A stretch of DNA of 64,000 bases from a virus. The position numbers were made by a program, and so were the translations under genes. The notes under the pieces were generated by a model that was not told the origin of the DNA, ran no database searches, and worked only from the letters and a program-made list of their open reading frames with translations. This document shows, piece by piece, positions 1-10,057 of the stretch. The stretch covers positions 16,685 through 80,684 of IMG/VR virus record IMGVR_UViG_3300022910_000005. One strand, written 5' to 3'. Each line of letters opens with the position of its first letter. Position 1 is the stretch's first letter.

Positions 1-62
1 AAGTACACCGAAACGCACCTGGAACTGAATCAATGGATCATCTACCACCTGGAGAACCCAGC

Positions 63-899
63 ATGAGCAACGAGAAGCCGCACGCCGACCCGGCTGAGAA
101 CGCTGTCGGCGACAAGCCGACCGACTGGGGCACGAACGTCGGCCGACAGAGCCTGGACGATGACGTGGCCGCGCTGGCTGCCGCGTCCGGCACCCCGCAG
201 GCGCTGCTGACGCCCGCCGCCGACCAGAAGATCGACGACGACGACGATCTGATCGTCTCGGACGCGCAGACGCTGCGCATGCTGATGGTGGAGCGGGCGG
301 CGAAGGTGCTCGTCGACCTGGCCGAGCGGCCGGGCTTCGGTCGCCGGGCGGCCGTCGACCTGGAGGACGTGCTGGAGTTGGCCGACTACTACATCGGGGA
401 CGAGGACTACCCGATGAAGAACGTGGTGGTGGACGAGGGCAAGCGCTTCTTCGACCAGATGACCCAGCAGGCCGACTTTCGCCCGAAGATCGCCCCCTGG
501 CTCGACGGCGTCCTCAGCCCGTCGTCGGAGTCGTTCATTGCCGACCGGGCGGCGGCGCAGGCCGAGCAGGCGCGCCTCTACCGCGAAGGCACCGGCGGCC
601 TCTTCCACTCGATGATGAAGCCGGGCGCGCGCCACCCCAGGTCAACGACCGGCAAGGAGCCGACATTCGCTGAGCGGATGGACAGCCTGTTCGGCAAGCC
701 GGTGCAGGCGAACATCCGGGTCGAGGAACTCCAGGTCGATGACCTGGTGACCAGCCACGGCGACGTGGTGATCGGCCAGCCGACCTGGGACGGCCGAGCC
801 GAGCGCTGGGTGGTCGACGTCTACTGCCCGAAGAAGGACGAGACCTACACCCACCGCGCGAAGGTGGACGACAGGGTCGACATCTTCAACGAGCGGTAA
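63..899 (+). CDS. Hypothetical protein (possible C-terminal SH3-like domain)
   Basis: Long ORF, GGAG upstream of ATG 63, followed by a terminator. Confidence 0.7.
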   Translation: MSNEKPHADPAENAVGDKPTDWGTNVGRQSLDDDVAALAAASGTPQALLTPAADQKIDDDDDLIVSDAQTLRMLMVERAAKVLVDLAERPGFGRRAAVDLEDVLELADYYIGDEDYPMKNVVVDEGKRFFDQMTQQADFRPKIAPWLDGVLSPSSESFIADRAAAQAEQARLYREGTGGLFHSMMKPGARHPRSTTGKEPTFAERMDSLFGKPVQANIRVEELQVDDLVTSHGDVVIGQPTWDGRAERWVVDVYCPKKDETYTHRAKVDDRVDIFNER

Positions 900-916
900 C
901 CGATCCACCACAGACG

Positions 917-948
917 AGCCCGGCCAGGCAACCGCCCGGCCGGGCTTC
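917..948 (+). terminator. GC hairpin terminator, identical to 39799-39830
   Basis: AGCCCGGCC...GGCCGGGCTTC inverted repeat after the stop codon. Confidence 0.75.
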
Positions 949-954
949 TCTGTG

Positions 955-983
955 TTGCCAACGAGTTGACAACCGCTTGTCAC
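955..983 (+). promoter_or_regulatory. -35 TTGACA within three phased TTGWCAA-like heptamers
   Basis: TTGCCAA(955), TTGACAA(966), TTGTCAC(977), 11-bp period. Confidence 0.7.
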
Positions 984-1027
984 TCTGATTGACTGTACTC
1001 ATCGAACCAAGCGAAACGGAGACCACC

Positions 1028-1522
1028 ATGAAGGCCAGCGAGATCCGGACGGACGGCACCGAGTACGCCTACCAGCGCAACGTCCACTCCTACGGACGCC
1101 GGGTGAAGGTGCTCCAGAAGGCCACCGTCCCCAGTTACGGCTACAACATGGCGCAGTCCGGTTGGCTGGTGGAGTTCCTCGACCAGCCGGTGTCCAGCGA
1201 CCGGCGCGGCACTCCGAAGGGGCTCACCAAGGCCGTCACCAGCCGCCAGATCACCGCCCTGTGGGAGGTGTTCGACGCGCAGGCCAAGGCCGACCGTGAG
1301 CAGCGCGCTGCCGAGAAGGCCGCCTACGACGCAGAACTCGCCAAGCAGGAGCAGGCAGTGAAGGCGCTCGGTGCCCTGTTCGAGCAGTACGGCATCGCTG
1401 AGGGCATTCGACCGACCAGCCGGATGCGCTTCACCGCGTTCGACTTGAACAGCCTCCTGGAGGATCTGATGACCGCCGTCACCAACGAGTACGTGGGCGA
1501 TTCGACCACCGAGAAGTTCTGA
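1028..1522 (+). CDS. Hypothetical protein
   Basis: ORF with GGAG RBS downstream of the promoter. Confidence 0.7.
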   Translation: MKASEIRTDGTEYAYQRNVHSYGRRVKVLQKATVPSYGYNMAQSGWLVEFLDQPVSSDRRGTPKGLTKAVTSRQITALWEVFDAQAKADREQRAAEKAAYDAELAKQEQAVKALGALFEQYGIAEGIRPTSRMRFTAFDLNSLLEDLMTAVTNEYVGDSTTEKF

Positions 1523-1536
1523 CCAGCAAGGTTTTA

Positions 1537-1558
1537 TGTCCGACCCGACAACGAGAAT
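1537..1558 (+). promoter_or_regulatory. RecA-NDp/PafBC-like promoter, leaderless
   Basis: TGTCCG-N10-GAGAAT-N6-ATG. Confidence 0.45.
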
Positions 1559-1564
1559 GGAATC

Positions 1565-2116
1565 ATGAGCATCGACCAGGACCCCATCTTCAAGCCCACC
1601 ACGACCGCCGCCCCGTACCGCACGAAGGGCGTCGCGACCGGCGGCTCCAGCGCTGACGGATCGTCCGCCGACCGGGCGCTGCGGGAGGCCGGAGACGGCA
1701 CCCTGTCCGCCCGCCAGGTGACGATCCTCCAGATCCTCGAACAGGCCGGACCGACCGGCCGCACGTACATCGAGATCGCCGACGCCACCAAGTCACGCGG
1801 CGGGGCGGTGACCGGCGCGCTGTCCGTCCTGCACAAGGCGGGCCTGGTGGCGGCGCTGAAGACGGACGGCATCCCGAACAACTCCCGCAACGGCTGCGGC
1901 ATCTACGTCCTGCCCGAGCACGTCAACGGTCGGATCACCCGCAAGTTCACCGGCAACAAGAAGGTGGACGCCCGCCCGCGCCTGAACGACGCCGAGCGGG
2001 AACTGGTGAAGACCCTGAAGGCGGCCCTGCCGCAGTACAACGACCGGCCGTCGATGCCCCTGCGTCCGGCGTCCGTGAAGACCCTGGTGGCCGCCCTCGA
2101 ACGGCTGGACGGCTGA
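1565..2116 (+). CDS. Winged-HTH DNA-binding protein
   Basis: LSARQVTILQIL...TYIEIADAT..RGGAVTGALSVLHKAGLV resembles a MarR/ArsR-type wHTH. Confidence 0.65.
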   Translation: MSIDQDPIFKPTTTAAPYRTKGVATGGSSADGSSADRALREAGDGTLSARQVTILQILEQAGPTGRTYIEIADATKSRGGAVTGALSVLHKAGLVAALKTDGIPNNSRNGCGIYVLPEHVNGRITRKFTGNKKVDARPRLNDAERELVKTLKAALPQYNDRPSMPLRPASVKTLVAALERLDG

Positions 2117-2361
2117 TGCTGCCGACGAAGATCCGCTCGATCAAGCAGCCGAACTGGACTGACGAACTGACCTGGTCCGTCCACCAGAGCGGCCGGTGCG
2201 TGGCCGACGTCGACCATGACTGGCGTGTCTCCTGCGACGTGAACGGCAACGACGCCGTCTACTGGAACAAGGGCACGCCGTTCAATCGCACGTACTGCGC
2301 GACGCTGGTCAAGGCGCTGTCTGCCCTCGACTACCGGCCCGACGGGCAAGCCCGTTCCTGA
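2116..2361 (+). CDS. Hypothetical protein
   Basis: TGATG coupling to the previous gene. Confidence 0.6.
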   Translation: MLPTKIRSIKQPNWTDELTWSVHQSGRCVADVDHDWRVSCDVNGNDAVYWNKGTPFNRTYCATLVKALSALDYRPDGQARS

Positions 2362-2568
2362 CGTCGGAGGCCCGAACCGCTGGCCGGACTGGTGCATGGG
2401 CTACCAGCCCTACAGTTCGGCCAGCGAGCCCCGGCTGCGGGTGCTGCCCGGTTTCCGATTCCGGGCCGAGCAGTTCGCTGAGGCGGCCGAAGAACTCACG
2501 AAGATCCCGATGGAGGTCTGGCGCGACCGCGCCGGGCACTGGTCCGTTTCACCGAAAGAGAGCGACTG

Positions 2569-2793
2569 ATGCTGAACACGAACCGCAAGCCGAAACCGCC
2601 CACCTGGGCGGAAGGCTGGCTCCCGATCTGGACCGAGGGGCAGTGGATCGTCCAGTTCACGGACGAGCAGGCCGCCCGGTTCGCCCTGAGGGAGATCCGC
2701 ACGGCCGACAAGGACCTGCTGTTCCCGATGCTGGCCGCCGCCCCGTACCCCGGCGGCGGAAACTCCTGGTACATCGGCGAAGTGCATCCGTGA
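2569..2793 (+). CDS. Hypothetical protein
   Basis: Coupled ORF in operon. Confidence 0.55.
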   Translation: MLNTNRKPKPPTWAEGWLPIWTEGQWIVQFTDEQAARFALREIRTADKDLLFPMLAAAPYPGGGNSWYIGEVHP

Positions 2794-3107
2794 GCGCCAG
2801 CAGGGCTGCCGTCAGCCGTGCGTCCGGCGGCACGAACAAGGCCACCAGCGTCGGCGCTCGCACGCTGCCGAAGACCCGCTCGACCAGCAGCCACACGAAG
2901 GGCAACATCCCCGCTTACCGCTACTGGGAGCAGGGGTACGGCACGATCACCATCTACGGCCGCCGCGTGGTGCCGTTCCTGTCGGAGGAGACCTGCCGCC
3001 GGATCGCCCGCAACGCGGAGCGGGAGATGAAAGAGCCGATGGACGTACGTAATCCGCCCGGTACCGACCTGTGGGTCTACCGGCCTGTTGACGAGGAGCG
3101 ACTGTGA
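2790..3107 (+). CDS. Hypothetical protein
   Basis: GTGA overlaps at both ends. Confidence 0.55.
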   Translation: MSASRAAVSRASGGTNKATSVGARTLPKTRSTSSHTKGNIPAYRYWEQGYGTITIYGRRVVPFLSEETCRRIARNAEREMKEPMDVRNPPGTDLWVYRPVDEERL

Positions 3108-4000
3108 AGAAGAACCGCCGCCGCATCCTGCCGACCGTCGGCCGGATCTGGGGCTACCTCGGTGTGGCCCTGGCGCTGGGCACCAGCCTGGCCGGGAACG
3201 TTCAGTCCGCCCGCCTGCACACCCCGCTGGTCGATCCGTCCTGGACGGAGTACGCCTTCAGCGCCCTGCCGCCGCTCGTTGCGTTCGTCGGCATCGAACT
3301 GGTGAATCACAACCCGTGGACTCGCATCTGGTGGGGCAAGTACATCACCCGGGTGCTGTTGTTCGTGGTCGTGCCCGGCAGCGCTCTGGTGTCGTTCGCT
3401 CACCTGACGCTGGTCGGCTTGGACGCTTCAGCGGTGAAGGTGCCGGACGGGTTGCAGGACGTGCTGAACATCGCGACGGCGATCCTCACGTCGCTGTTGG
3501 TGGACGGCATGATCCTGGGCGGTACCGGTGCGCTGCTGCTGCCGACGAAGGTGGAGGACGAGCCGGAGGTGGTCGACGTGGTGCCGGTGGCGGCGATCGA
3601 GGCTTACCCGGACTGGCGTGGCGAGATGGAGCGCCTGCTGGCGACCGGGCGGACGGGTGAGCAGGAACTGCTGGGCCGCATCGCCGCCCTGACGGAGAAG
3701 ATCGAGAACCTCCCCGTCGCCCCGGCGCCGACCCCCCGGCGCGAGAAGGTCGTGAAGGCGACCCTGGCTCCGCAGGAGTCGCAGGACAAGAAGGACCAGG
3801 TCCGCTGGCCGATCGGCACGCACCCGCTGTGGAAGGCGTGGCTGGCGGCCCGGGGCACGAAGGACGCCTGGGACGCCGACCGGTACGTGCTGGAAACGAA
3901 AGAGCACCTGCACCGCGACATCAAGCAGAGTGCCGGGCAGACGGCGCTCAACCGGTGGGAGAACGCACTGAAGGCGGACCCGAGCCTGCTGAACGCCTGA
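3104..4000 (+). CDS. Multi-pass membrane protein, Spd/DUF2637-like
   Basis: Four hydrophobic segments with SLAGNV, ALPPL, SFAHL and VDGM motifs, then a soluble tail. Confidence 0.6.
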   Translation: MKKNRRRILPTVGRIWGYLGVALALGTSLAGNVQSARLHTPLVDPSWTEYAFSALPPLVAFVGIELVNHNPWTRIWWGKYITRVLLFVVVPGSALVSFAHLTLVGLDASAVKVPDGLQDVLNIATAILTSLLVDGMILGGTGALLLPTKVEDEPEVVDVVPVAAIEAYPDWRGEMERLLATGRTGEQELLGRIAALTEKIENLPVAPAPTPRREKVVKATLAPQESQDKKDQVRWPIGTHPLWKAWLAARGTKDAWDADRYVLETKEHLHRDIKQSAGQTALNRWENALKADPSLLNA

Positions 4001-4015
4001 TCGTTCCTCCGCGAC

Positions 4016-4047
4016 AAGCCCGGCCAGCCCCGCCGCTGGCCGGGCTT
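4016..4047 (+). terminator. Hairpin terminator
   Basis: AAGCCCGGCCAGC/GCTGGCCGGGCTT stem followed by T-rich sequence. Confidence 0.75.
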
Positions 4048-4051
4048 TCGT

Positions 4052-4081
4052 TTGACAGGCGCATGACAAGGGTAGTAATGT
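4052..4081 (+). promoter_or_regulatory. Sigma70-type promoter with phased heptamers
   Basis: TTGACA-N18-TAATGT, second heptamer ATGACAA at 4063. Confidence 0.7.
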
Positions 4082-4115
4082 TGAGACATCACCTGCACAC
4101 GATCAAGGGGTCACC

Positions 4116-4397
4116 ATGAAGAACCTCCGCAGCGTCGTCCTGTCGCTCGGCCTGGTCGCTGGCGTCGTCCTGCTGTCCGCCTCCTCCTGCGACGAGGACA
4201 GCAAGTACAGCCAGCACAACAACGACGCTCCGACCGCCAAGGGCAACCACGACAAGGCCGACGTCGGCTACATGCCGGACGGCTTCAGCAACTACGCCAC
4301 GAAGTGCGACCGGCCCGGCATCCGGGTGTACGTCCTGTTCCACGAGGACGGCGCGTTCGGCTCCATCAGCGCCATCGCCGACCCGGCCTGCAAGTAA
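4116..4397 (+). CDS. Lipoprotein
   Basis: Basic N-terminus, hydrophobic stretch, LSASSC lipobox. Confidence 0.7.
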   Translation: MKNLRSVVLSLGLVAGVVLLSASSCDEDSKYSQHNNDAPTAKGNHDKADVGYMPDGFSNYATKCDRPGIRVYVLFHEDGAFGSISAIADPACK

Positions 4398-4669
4398 TGG
4401 CCGCCGACCGCCGCAAGGACACCAGCGAGGCGCTGACCGAGATCCGCACGGTGCACAGCCGCGCCTGGTCGGCGCTCGATCGGCTGGCCATGAACAACGG
4501 CCTGAGCGAGACGCGCCGGATCGAAGCGTCGTACGACGAGGACGGCGAGTACGTCCCGCCCAGCATCGAGAACTACCGCGACCCGGACGCCGACGAGATG
4601 GTGGCTGCCCTGGAGGCTTTCGTGGCCGCCACCGCCAAGTGGGCGAACCGCAAGCGTAAGGGGCTCTGA
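4397..4669 (+). CDS. Hypothetical protein
   Basis: TAATG coupling. Confidence 0.6.
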   Translation: MAADRRKDTSEALTEIRTVHSRAWSALDRLAMNNGLSETRRIEASYDEDGEYVPPSIENYRDPDADEMVAALEAFVAATAKWANRKRKGL

Positions 4670-4788
4670 TGGATCACTGGTACTGGGCCGGTGGATTTCA
4701 GGTCGCCGTCTGGGGAACGCTCATCCTCCAGGTCGCCACGGGCATCGTCCGTAGCATCGTCAGGGCGGCGAAGGAGGGCAAGAAGTGA
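4669..4788 (+). CDS. Small membrane protein (39 aa)
   Basis: MDHWYWAGGFQVAVWGTLILQV..., overlaps both neighbours; not in the ORF track. Confidence 0.5.
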   Translation: MDHWYWAGGFQVAVWGTLILQVATGIVRSIVRAAKEGKK

Positions 4789-6452
4789 GCCAGACGAAGA
4801 TCACCGGCAGCCTCCGGCAGCAGGTGTTCGACATCCGGCAGAACCCGCGCAAGCCGTCCGAGTTCCGTTGCGACGGCTGCGGCAAGTACTTCGTGCGCAC
4901 GGCGCTTCAGGTCGACCACATCGTCCCGGAGGCGGACTCGCGCCCGGAGGACCGGCTGGACCCGGACAACCTCCAGTTGCTCTGCTACACCAAGGGCTCC
5001 ACCCGCTGGAATTCCTGCCACAAGCGGAAGACCTACGAGGAGCATCGACGGCGTGCGGTCCGCAACCGGCCGAAGAAGGACTGGGGGCCGTTCTGGCGGC
5101 GGGCTGCCGTGTGCGGCCTGGTCTTCCCGGCCACCTGGAACTTCTGGGTCAACGGTCAGCAGGAGATGATCGACGACCTGGTGAACGGCGTGCTGATCGA
5201 GGCCACCCTCTTCTCCACCTATTTGGTCCAGAAAGGTTGGCGGATGCGCCGCCCCCGGCGGATCATTTCGGCCGACCCGGAAATGCTCGACGAGCCCGGC
5301 CAGGAGGAGGCGATCGACACGCAGCGGATCGTCGAAGCAGCCCGCGAGGTGATGGGCCTGAAGGGCAGCGTGACCGCCCGAGGTGGCCATGAATCGTTCG
5401 TGCTGTCCTACGCCGGAACAGGTTTCGCCGACCATGAGTCGGACAAGCGGTGGAGCCTCCAGGAGAAGATCACCGCGAAGATCGGCGACCGGTGGATCGT
5501 CGACTGGAACACGGCGGAGGACAAGGCCACGTTCACCCGCCGACCGCCGCTGCCGCGCAAGGTGCATCATCCGGGCCTGGACCCGAAGCGGAAGTGGCAC
5601 GTCCTGCCCGTCGCTGACGGGGCCGAGTTCGACCTGCTGGTGACGCCGCACATCCTGATGGCCGGGGAGACGATGTCCGGCAAGACGGCCATGATGCGGG
5701 CGATGCTGATCGCCGCCAGCCAGTCGGCCGCGACCAACGACAACGTCGAGATGAACCTGCTGGACCCGAAACAGATCGAGATGATCGGCTTCCAGGGCTG
5801 GCCGGGCGTGAAGAAGATCGTCACCGACCCGCACGACCTGTGGGCCTTCGCGATCGGCATGAAAGCCGAGATGGACCGCCGGTACCGGGAAGTGAAGGCT
5901 GGCCGGGCGGTGATGTCCCAGTTCAAGAAGATCATTAACTTCTGGGACGAGCAGGAAGAGTTCTACAACGCCATGCTGGAGTTGTGGCAGAGCGGTGAGA
6001 AGGACGAGAACGGTGAGCCGTACAAGCGCTCCGGAGAACGGGTTCCGCGTGCAGTGCGGGCCGTGGCCAGCCTGCTGGCCATGTCCCGTCGGTGCGGCAT
6101 CCACAACGTGATCGCCACGCAGTCACCGGACGCGCTGATCTTCGGCAAGTCCGGCGTCCGCCAGAACATGCCCGGCCGGGCCAGCGTCGGCGCGATCGAC
6201 GGCATCCGGGCGGGCTGGCTGTATGGCGACAGCAGTGTCGGCCGCGACATCCCCTCGAACCTGAAGGGTCGCGCGACGATTCAGATCGGCGACGGCAAGC
6301 CGTTCGAGGTGCAGACCTTCTGGGTGCCGGACCCGTCCGACGGCGACGCGAACTACGACAACGACCAGGAAGACTGGGCGACCCTGCTGCGGCTGGGGAT
6401 GCCCACCGAACAGTTGCCCGAGAAGTTCAATCACCTGCTGGAGGCGGCGTGA
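4785..6452 (+). CDS. HNH nuclease - membrane - FtsK/SpoIIIE ATPase fusion
   Basis: CDGC..VDHIVP..NLQLLC..CHKRKT, hydrophobic segment, Walker A GETMSGKT, LLDPK, Walker B INFWDE, ATQSP. Confidence 0.85.
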   Translation: MSQTKITGSLRQQVFDIRQNPRKPSEFRCDGCGKYFVRTALQVDHIVPEADSRPEDRLDPDNLQLLCYTKGSTRWNSCHKRKTYEEHRRRAVRNRPKKDWGPFWRRAAVCGLVFPATWNFWVNGQQEMIDDLVNGVLIEATLFSTYLVQKGWRMRRPRRIISADPEMLDEPGQEEAIDTQRIVEAAREVMGLKGSVTARGGHESFVLSYAGTGFADHESDKRWSLQEKITAKIGDRWIVDWNTAEDKATFTRRPPLPRKVHHPGLDPKRKWHVLPVADGAEFDLLVTPHILMAGETMSGKTAMMRAMLIAASQSAATNDNVEMNLLDPKQIEMIGFQGWPGVKKIVTDPHDLWAFAIGMKAEMDRRYREVKAGRAVMSQFKKIINFWDEQEEFYNAMLELWQSGEKDENGEPYKRSGERVPRAVRAVASLLAMSRRCGIHNVIATQSPDALIFGKSGVRQNMPGRASVGAIDGIRAGWLYGDSSVGRDIPSNLKGRATIQIGDGKPFEVQTFWVPDPSDGDANYDNDQEDWATLLRLGMPTEQLPEKFNHLLEAA

Positions 6453-6646
6453 GTAAGGAAAACGCACCGACCGACGATCGTCATCCGTGGTGCGACACCT
6501 GCAAGAGCCCGGCCGTCTGGAGGGAGGGCCAAGGCTGGATGCATTCGACGCCCGAGCATCCGTTCGGCGTTTGGTCCGACACGTCCGGCCACGAGGTGAC
6601 CGCCCGCGAGTGGAACGCGAAACCACGACCAGGATGGGAGTTCTGA
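6449..6646 (+). CDS. Small CxxC hypothetical protein
   Basis: GTGA overlap. Confidence 0.5.
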   Translation: MSKENAPTDDRHPWCDTCKSPAVWREGQGWMHSTPEHPFGVWSDTSGHEVTAREWNAKPRPGWEF

Positions 6647-6780
6647 TGGCAGTCTGCGAAGGCTGCGGCAGCAAGCGCGGCAAGAAGATGCTCGACCCGT
6701 ACGAGGAGGACGTGAACGACAAGAAGGTCGAGGTCGTCCTCTGCAAGAAGTGCGTTGAGGCTCTCTGCGAGGAGATCTGA
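6646..6780 (+). CDS. Small zinc-finger protein
   Basis: CEGC...CKKC, coupled start. Confidence 0.55.
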   Translation: MAVCEGCGSKRGKKMLDPYEEDVNDKKVEVVLCKKCVEALCEEI

Positions 6781-7220
6781 TGGCGGACCTGCCGACACCG
6801 GAGACGGTGGTCCTGGAGTGGCGGAAGTTCGCTGCGGCACAGCAGATCCCGGTGAACATGCTGGAGAACCTGGAGTTCAGCGTCCATCATGACCACTTCT
6901 TCCGGCTGCTGCTGATGCGGCTGACGAAGTCCGTGCTGGCTGAGCATCTGGCTGAGGAGGAGTACAGCGCTCGCGCTCGCTTCCCGGCCACCTGGTGGGA
7001 CCACTGGAAGGAGACGCATGGGCAGACCTGGCTCGGTCCGCTGTGGATGCGGAAGTGGCCGCCCCGCTTCACGTATCGGGAGGCGACGATGAAGATCGAG
7101 CATGCCTTCCTGTATCCGGAGGCGAACGTCCCGCGTCCGCCAGACATCGGCAAGCCCGTTCGTTACGACCAGATCACCGGACCGTACTGGACCGACGAGA
7201 ACCAAGGAGACACGCAGTAA
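6780..7220 (+). CDS. Hypothetical protein
   Basis: Coupled ORF with RBS. Confidence 0.65.
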   Translation: MADLPTPETVVLEWRKFAAAQQIPVNMLENLEFSVHHDHFFRLLLMRLTKSVLAEHLAEEEYSARARFPATWWDHWKETHGQTWLGPLWMRKWPPRFTYREATMKIEHAFLYPEANVPRPPDIGKPVRYDQITGPYWTDENQGDTQ

Positions 7221-7658
7221 ATGAGCACCAAGACTGGTCCCGCGCACGGCACGTCACGCCGGTACGGCGACCCTCGCTGGATGTGCCGGTGCGACGTGTG
7301 CACGGACGGCAATTCCCGGCGCGCGAAAGAGGCGCGGGACAAGCGGTTCGGCCAGGAGCCGCCGGAGCATGGCGCGTCCGGCTACGCGAACTACGGCTGC
7401 ACCTGCACGGTCTGCACGGAGGGCAACCGGCAGATGCTGGCCGACAAGCGGAACGCGGCCGGACCGGGCGTCAACCGGCGCAAGGAATGGACGGACGCGG
7501 AGATCAAGAAGATCACCGCGAAGAAGGACGGCCGCCGGTACCAGAAGACGGCGTACCAACTGGCCAAGGAACTGGGCCGGTCGGTCGGTGCGGTGAACCA
7601 GCAGCGGTCCATGTGTAAGGTCAAGTCAGCCACGAAAACCCGCGCCCCCCAGCGGTAG
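7221..7658 (+). CDS. Cys-rich repeat plus HTH protein
   Basis: Two HG..Y..CxCxxC repeats, then WTDAE...LAKELGRSVGAV. Confidence 0.65.
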   Translation: MSTKTGPAHGTSRRYGDPRWMCRCDVCTDGNSRRAKEARDKRFGQEPPEHGASGYANYGCTCTVCTEGNRQMLADKRNAAGPGVNRRKEWTDAEIKKITAKKDGRRYQKTAYQLAKELGRSVGAVNQQRSMCKVKSATKTRAPQR

Positions 7659-7666
7659 ATCCACCA

Positions 7667-7703
7667 GAAGCCCGGCCAGGTGCGCGTCGCCCGGCCGGGC
7701 TTC
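7667..7703 (+). terminator. Hairpin terminator of the GCCCGGCC family
   Basis: GAAGCCCGGCC...GGCCGGGCTTC. Confidence 0.75.
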
Positions 7704-7708
7704 TTGCG

Positions 7709-7738
7709 TTGACAACCGCTTGCCAACTGTGAGAGACT
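7709..7738 (+). promoter_or_regulatory. Promoter with operator, leaderless start at 7745
   Basis: TTGACAAccgcTTGCCAA; TTGACA-N18-GAGACT-N6-ATG. Confidence 0.7.
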
Positions 7739-7744
7739 ACATCC

Positions 7745-7987
7745 ATGAGAACAGTAGTCATCATGGAGCACGACGGCACCGGCTACAAGGCCATGCCGAT
7801 CGCGGTCCTCCAGGTGGAGGACGCGGACCAGGACTGGCGCGTCAAGGACTGGCTGGAGAGAAACGGCTGGTCCGACATCTACACCCCCGAGGGCAGCGCC
7901 TGGTCCAAGTTCGTGCCGGGCATCTACGGCGGCGAGCGCCGGTTCGCTGGCATCAGCGAACCGATCTTCGTGACGGAGGTGAACTGA
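7745..7987 (+). CDS. Hypothetical protein
   Basis: First gene after the promoter. Confidence 0.6.
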   Translation: MRTVVIMEHDGTGYKAMPIAVLQVEDADQDWRVKDWLERNGWSDIYTPEGSAWSKFVPGIYGGERRFAGISEPIFVTEVN

Positions 7988-8166
7988 TGCAGAAGGAGAT
8001 CCGGTCCTGGGCCGAGGTGTCCCACGACCGCGACGACGGCACCGACGTCGGCGTCTACGTGCAGATCAAGGGCCACCGCGTGTGGCTCACCACCGACGAG
8101 GCGCAGCGCCTGATGATGCGCATCAATGCAGCCACCGTCCAGGCCACGCAGGCGAACAAGCGATGA
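7987..8166 (+). CDS. Hypothetical protein
   Basis: GGAGG RBS, coupled. Confidence 0.55.
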   Translation: MQKEIRSWAEVSHDRDDGTDVGVYVQIKGHRVWLTTDEAQRLMMRINAATVQATQANKR

Positions 8167-8393
8167 CCACCTGTCTCCTCCCCTACTTCGGCGACGAGCC
8201 GTGGTCCGCCACCTGTACCCGCTCGCTTTACCACGACGGCGACCATGAAGGCCCCGCCTTCGACGTCGAGCCGCTCGGCGTGGTGGTGACCGACGGCATC
8301 TCCCTGCCGCCCGGCGCGGTGGTGTCCGGTCACTACCGGAGAATCGAACTGGGAACGAAGCGCTGGAACGACAACCAGGAGGTACAGCAGTGA
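8163..8393 (+). CDS. Hypothetical protein with C..C..H.GDH motif
   Basis: ATGA overlap. Confidence 0.5.
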   Translation: MTTCLLPYFGDEPWSATCTRSLYHDGDHEGPAFDVEPLGVVVTDGISLPPGAVVSGHYRRIELGTKRWNDNQEVQQ

Positions 8394-8626
8394 ACGATCC
8401 GAAGTACGTTCGGCTGGTTGGTGGATACTTCGACGCCATGAAGGTGTCCGATCCGGGGATCACTATGCACGAGGATCACCTGATCGAGATCCTCCGGCCG
8501 AACGGCGACCGGCATCCGTACCTGATCGACGACGAAGGCGCGGCGGTCAAGGTCCACATCCGCTCGCACGCCGCCCGCAACGCGGCAGTCACACACACCG
8601 TGAACCAGGAGGACTTGCAGCCATGA
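8390..8626 (+). CDS. Small GG-motif family protein 1
   Basis: N-terminal VRLVGGYFDA. Confidence 0.6.
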   Translation: MNDPKYVRLVGGYFDAMKVSDPGITMHEDHLIEILRPNGDRHPYLIDDEGAAVKVHIRSHAARNAAVTHTVNQEDLQP

Positions 8627-8898
8627 CCATGAAGGACAGTCCGCTGATCCCGATCGTCTCCGGTCCGTACAGCGGCCGGTCGATCAGCGACCCGGAGGTG
8701 CGCTTCCACGAGGAGGACGTCATCCGGATCATGAAGGGCAACGCGCCGACCAACATCCGGCAGGCGTTGAAGGGCGCTCCGGACCCGACCGACGATGCCT
8801 TCGTGATCATCAACGAGAACGGCGAGGCCGTCGACACCAGCGGCCGGAAGAAGTGCTACGGCAAGCGGCACGAGATCTGGGAAGGGGACCTGCCATGA
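8623..8898 (+). CDS. Small GG-motif family protein 2
   Basis: IPIVSGPYSG. Confidence 0.6.
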   Translation: MTMKDSPLIPIVSGPYSGRSISDPEVRFHEEDVIRIMKGNAPTNIRQALKGAPDPTDDAFVIINENGEAVDTSGRKKCYGKRHEIWEGDLP

Positions 8899-9119
8899 TC
8901 ATCAAGTTCAGCGGCGGCATCGCGAACGGCGGTGGCATCGACATGGGTGATCGGTCGGTGAAGACCGGCGACGGCATCCGGGTCACCTGCTCCGGCCTGC
9001 CGAACAGCAACTACAAGGTGTACGCCAACGGTGTCGCCCGCGAGGTGGACGGCCGGTACGTCACCGCCAGCAACGGCCTTAACTGGGTCGTCAGAGGAGA
9101 GGATGTGATCGACCTGTGA
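8895..9119 (+). CDS. Small GG-motif family protein 3
   Basis: IKFSGGIANG. Confidence 0.6.
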   Translation: MIIKFSGGIANGGGIDMGDRSVKTGDGIRVTCSGLPNSNYKVYANGVAREVDGRYVTASNGLNWVVRGEDVIDL

Positions 9120-9324
9120 AGATCAAACTGATCGGCGGATCGTTCAGCGGAAGGCGGGTCGAATCGGACCTGAAGCCCGGCGACCTGCTGCACGTCACGG
9201 ACCACTGGACCCCGCTCATCGGCCCGGCCGTCTACAAGGTGGCCCGGGGCGGCAAGGCGGTCAACCTGACCGGCATCGCCTCGAACAAGGCCGCGCACCA
9301 GGTGGTCAGGAAGGAAGACCTGCT

Positions 9325-9328
<4 letters not shown>
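9116..9328 (+). CDS. Small GG-motif family protein 4
   Basis: IKLIGGSFSG. Confidence 0.65.
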
Positions 9329-9997
<669 letters not shown>

Positions 9998-10057
9998 TCC
10001 GATTACTCTGGGGGTCCTAGCGTGTGCTAGGCCCTTCAGACGTTTAGGAGCACCACC

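Noticed and set aside
917-948. 32-bp duplicate as attL/attR
   Set aside because: It is a terminator hairpin with phage genes on both sides; no integrase or tRNA nearby
6453-6800. TraB-type clt 8-bp repeat array downstream of FtsK
   Set aside because: Region is filled by coupled small ORFs and no tandem octamers were seen
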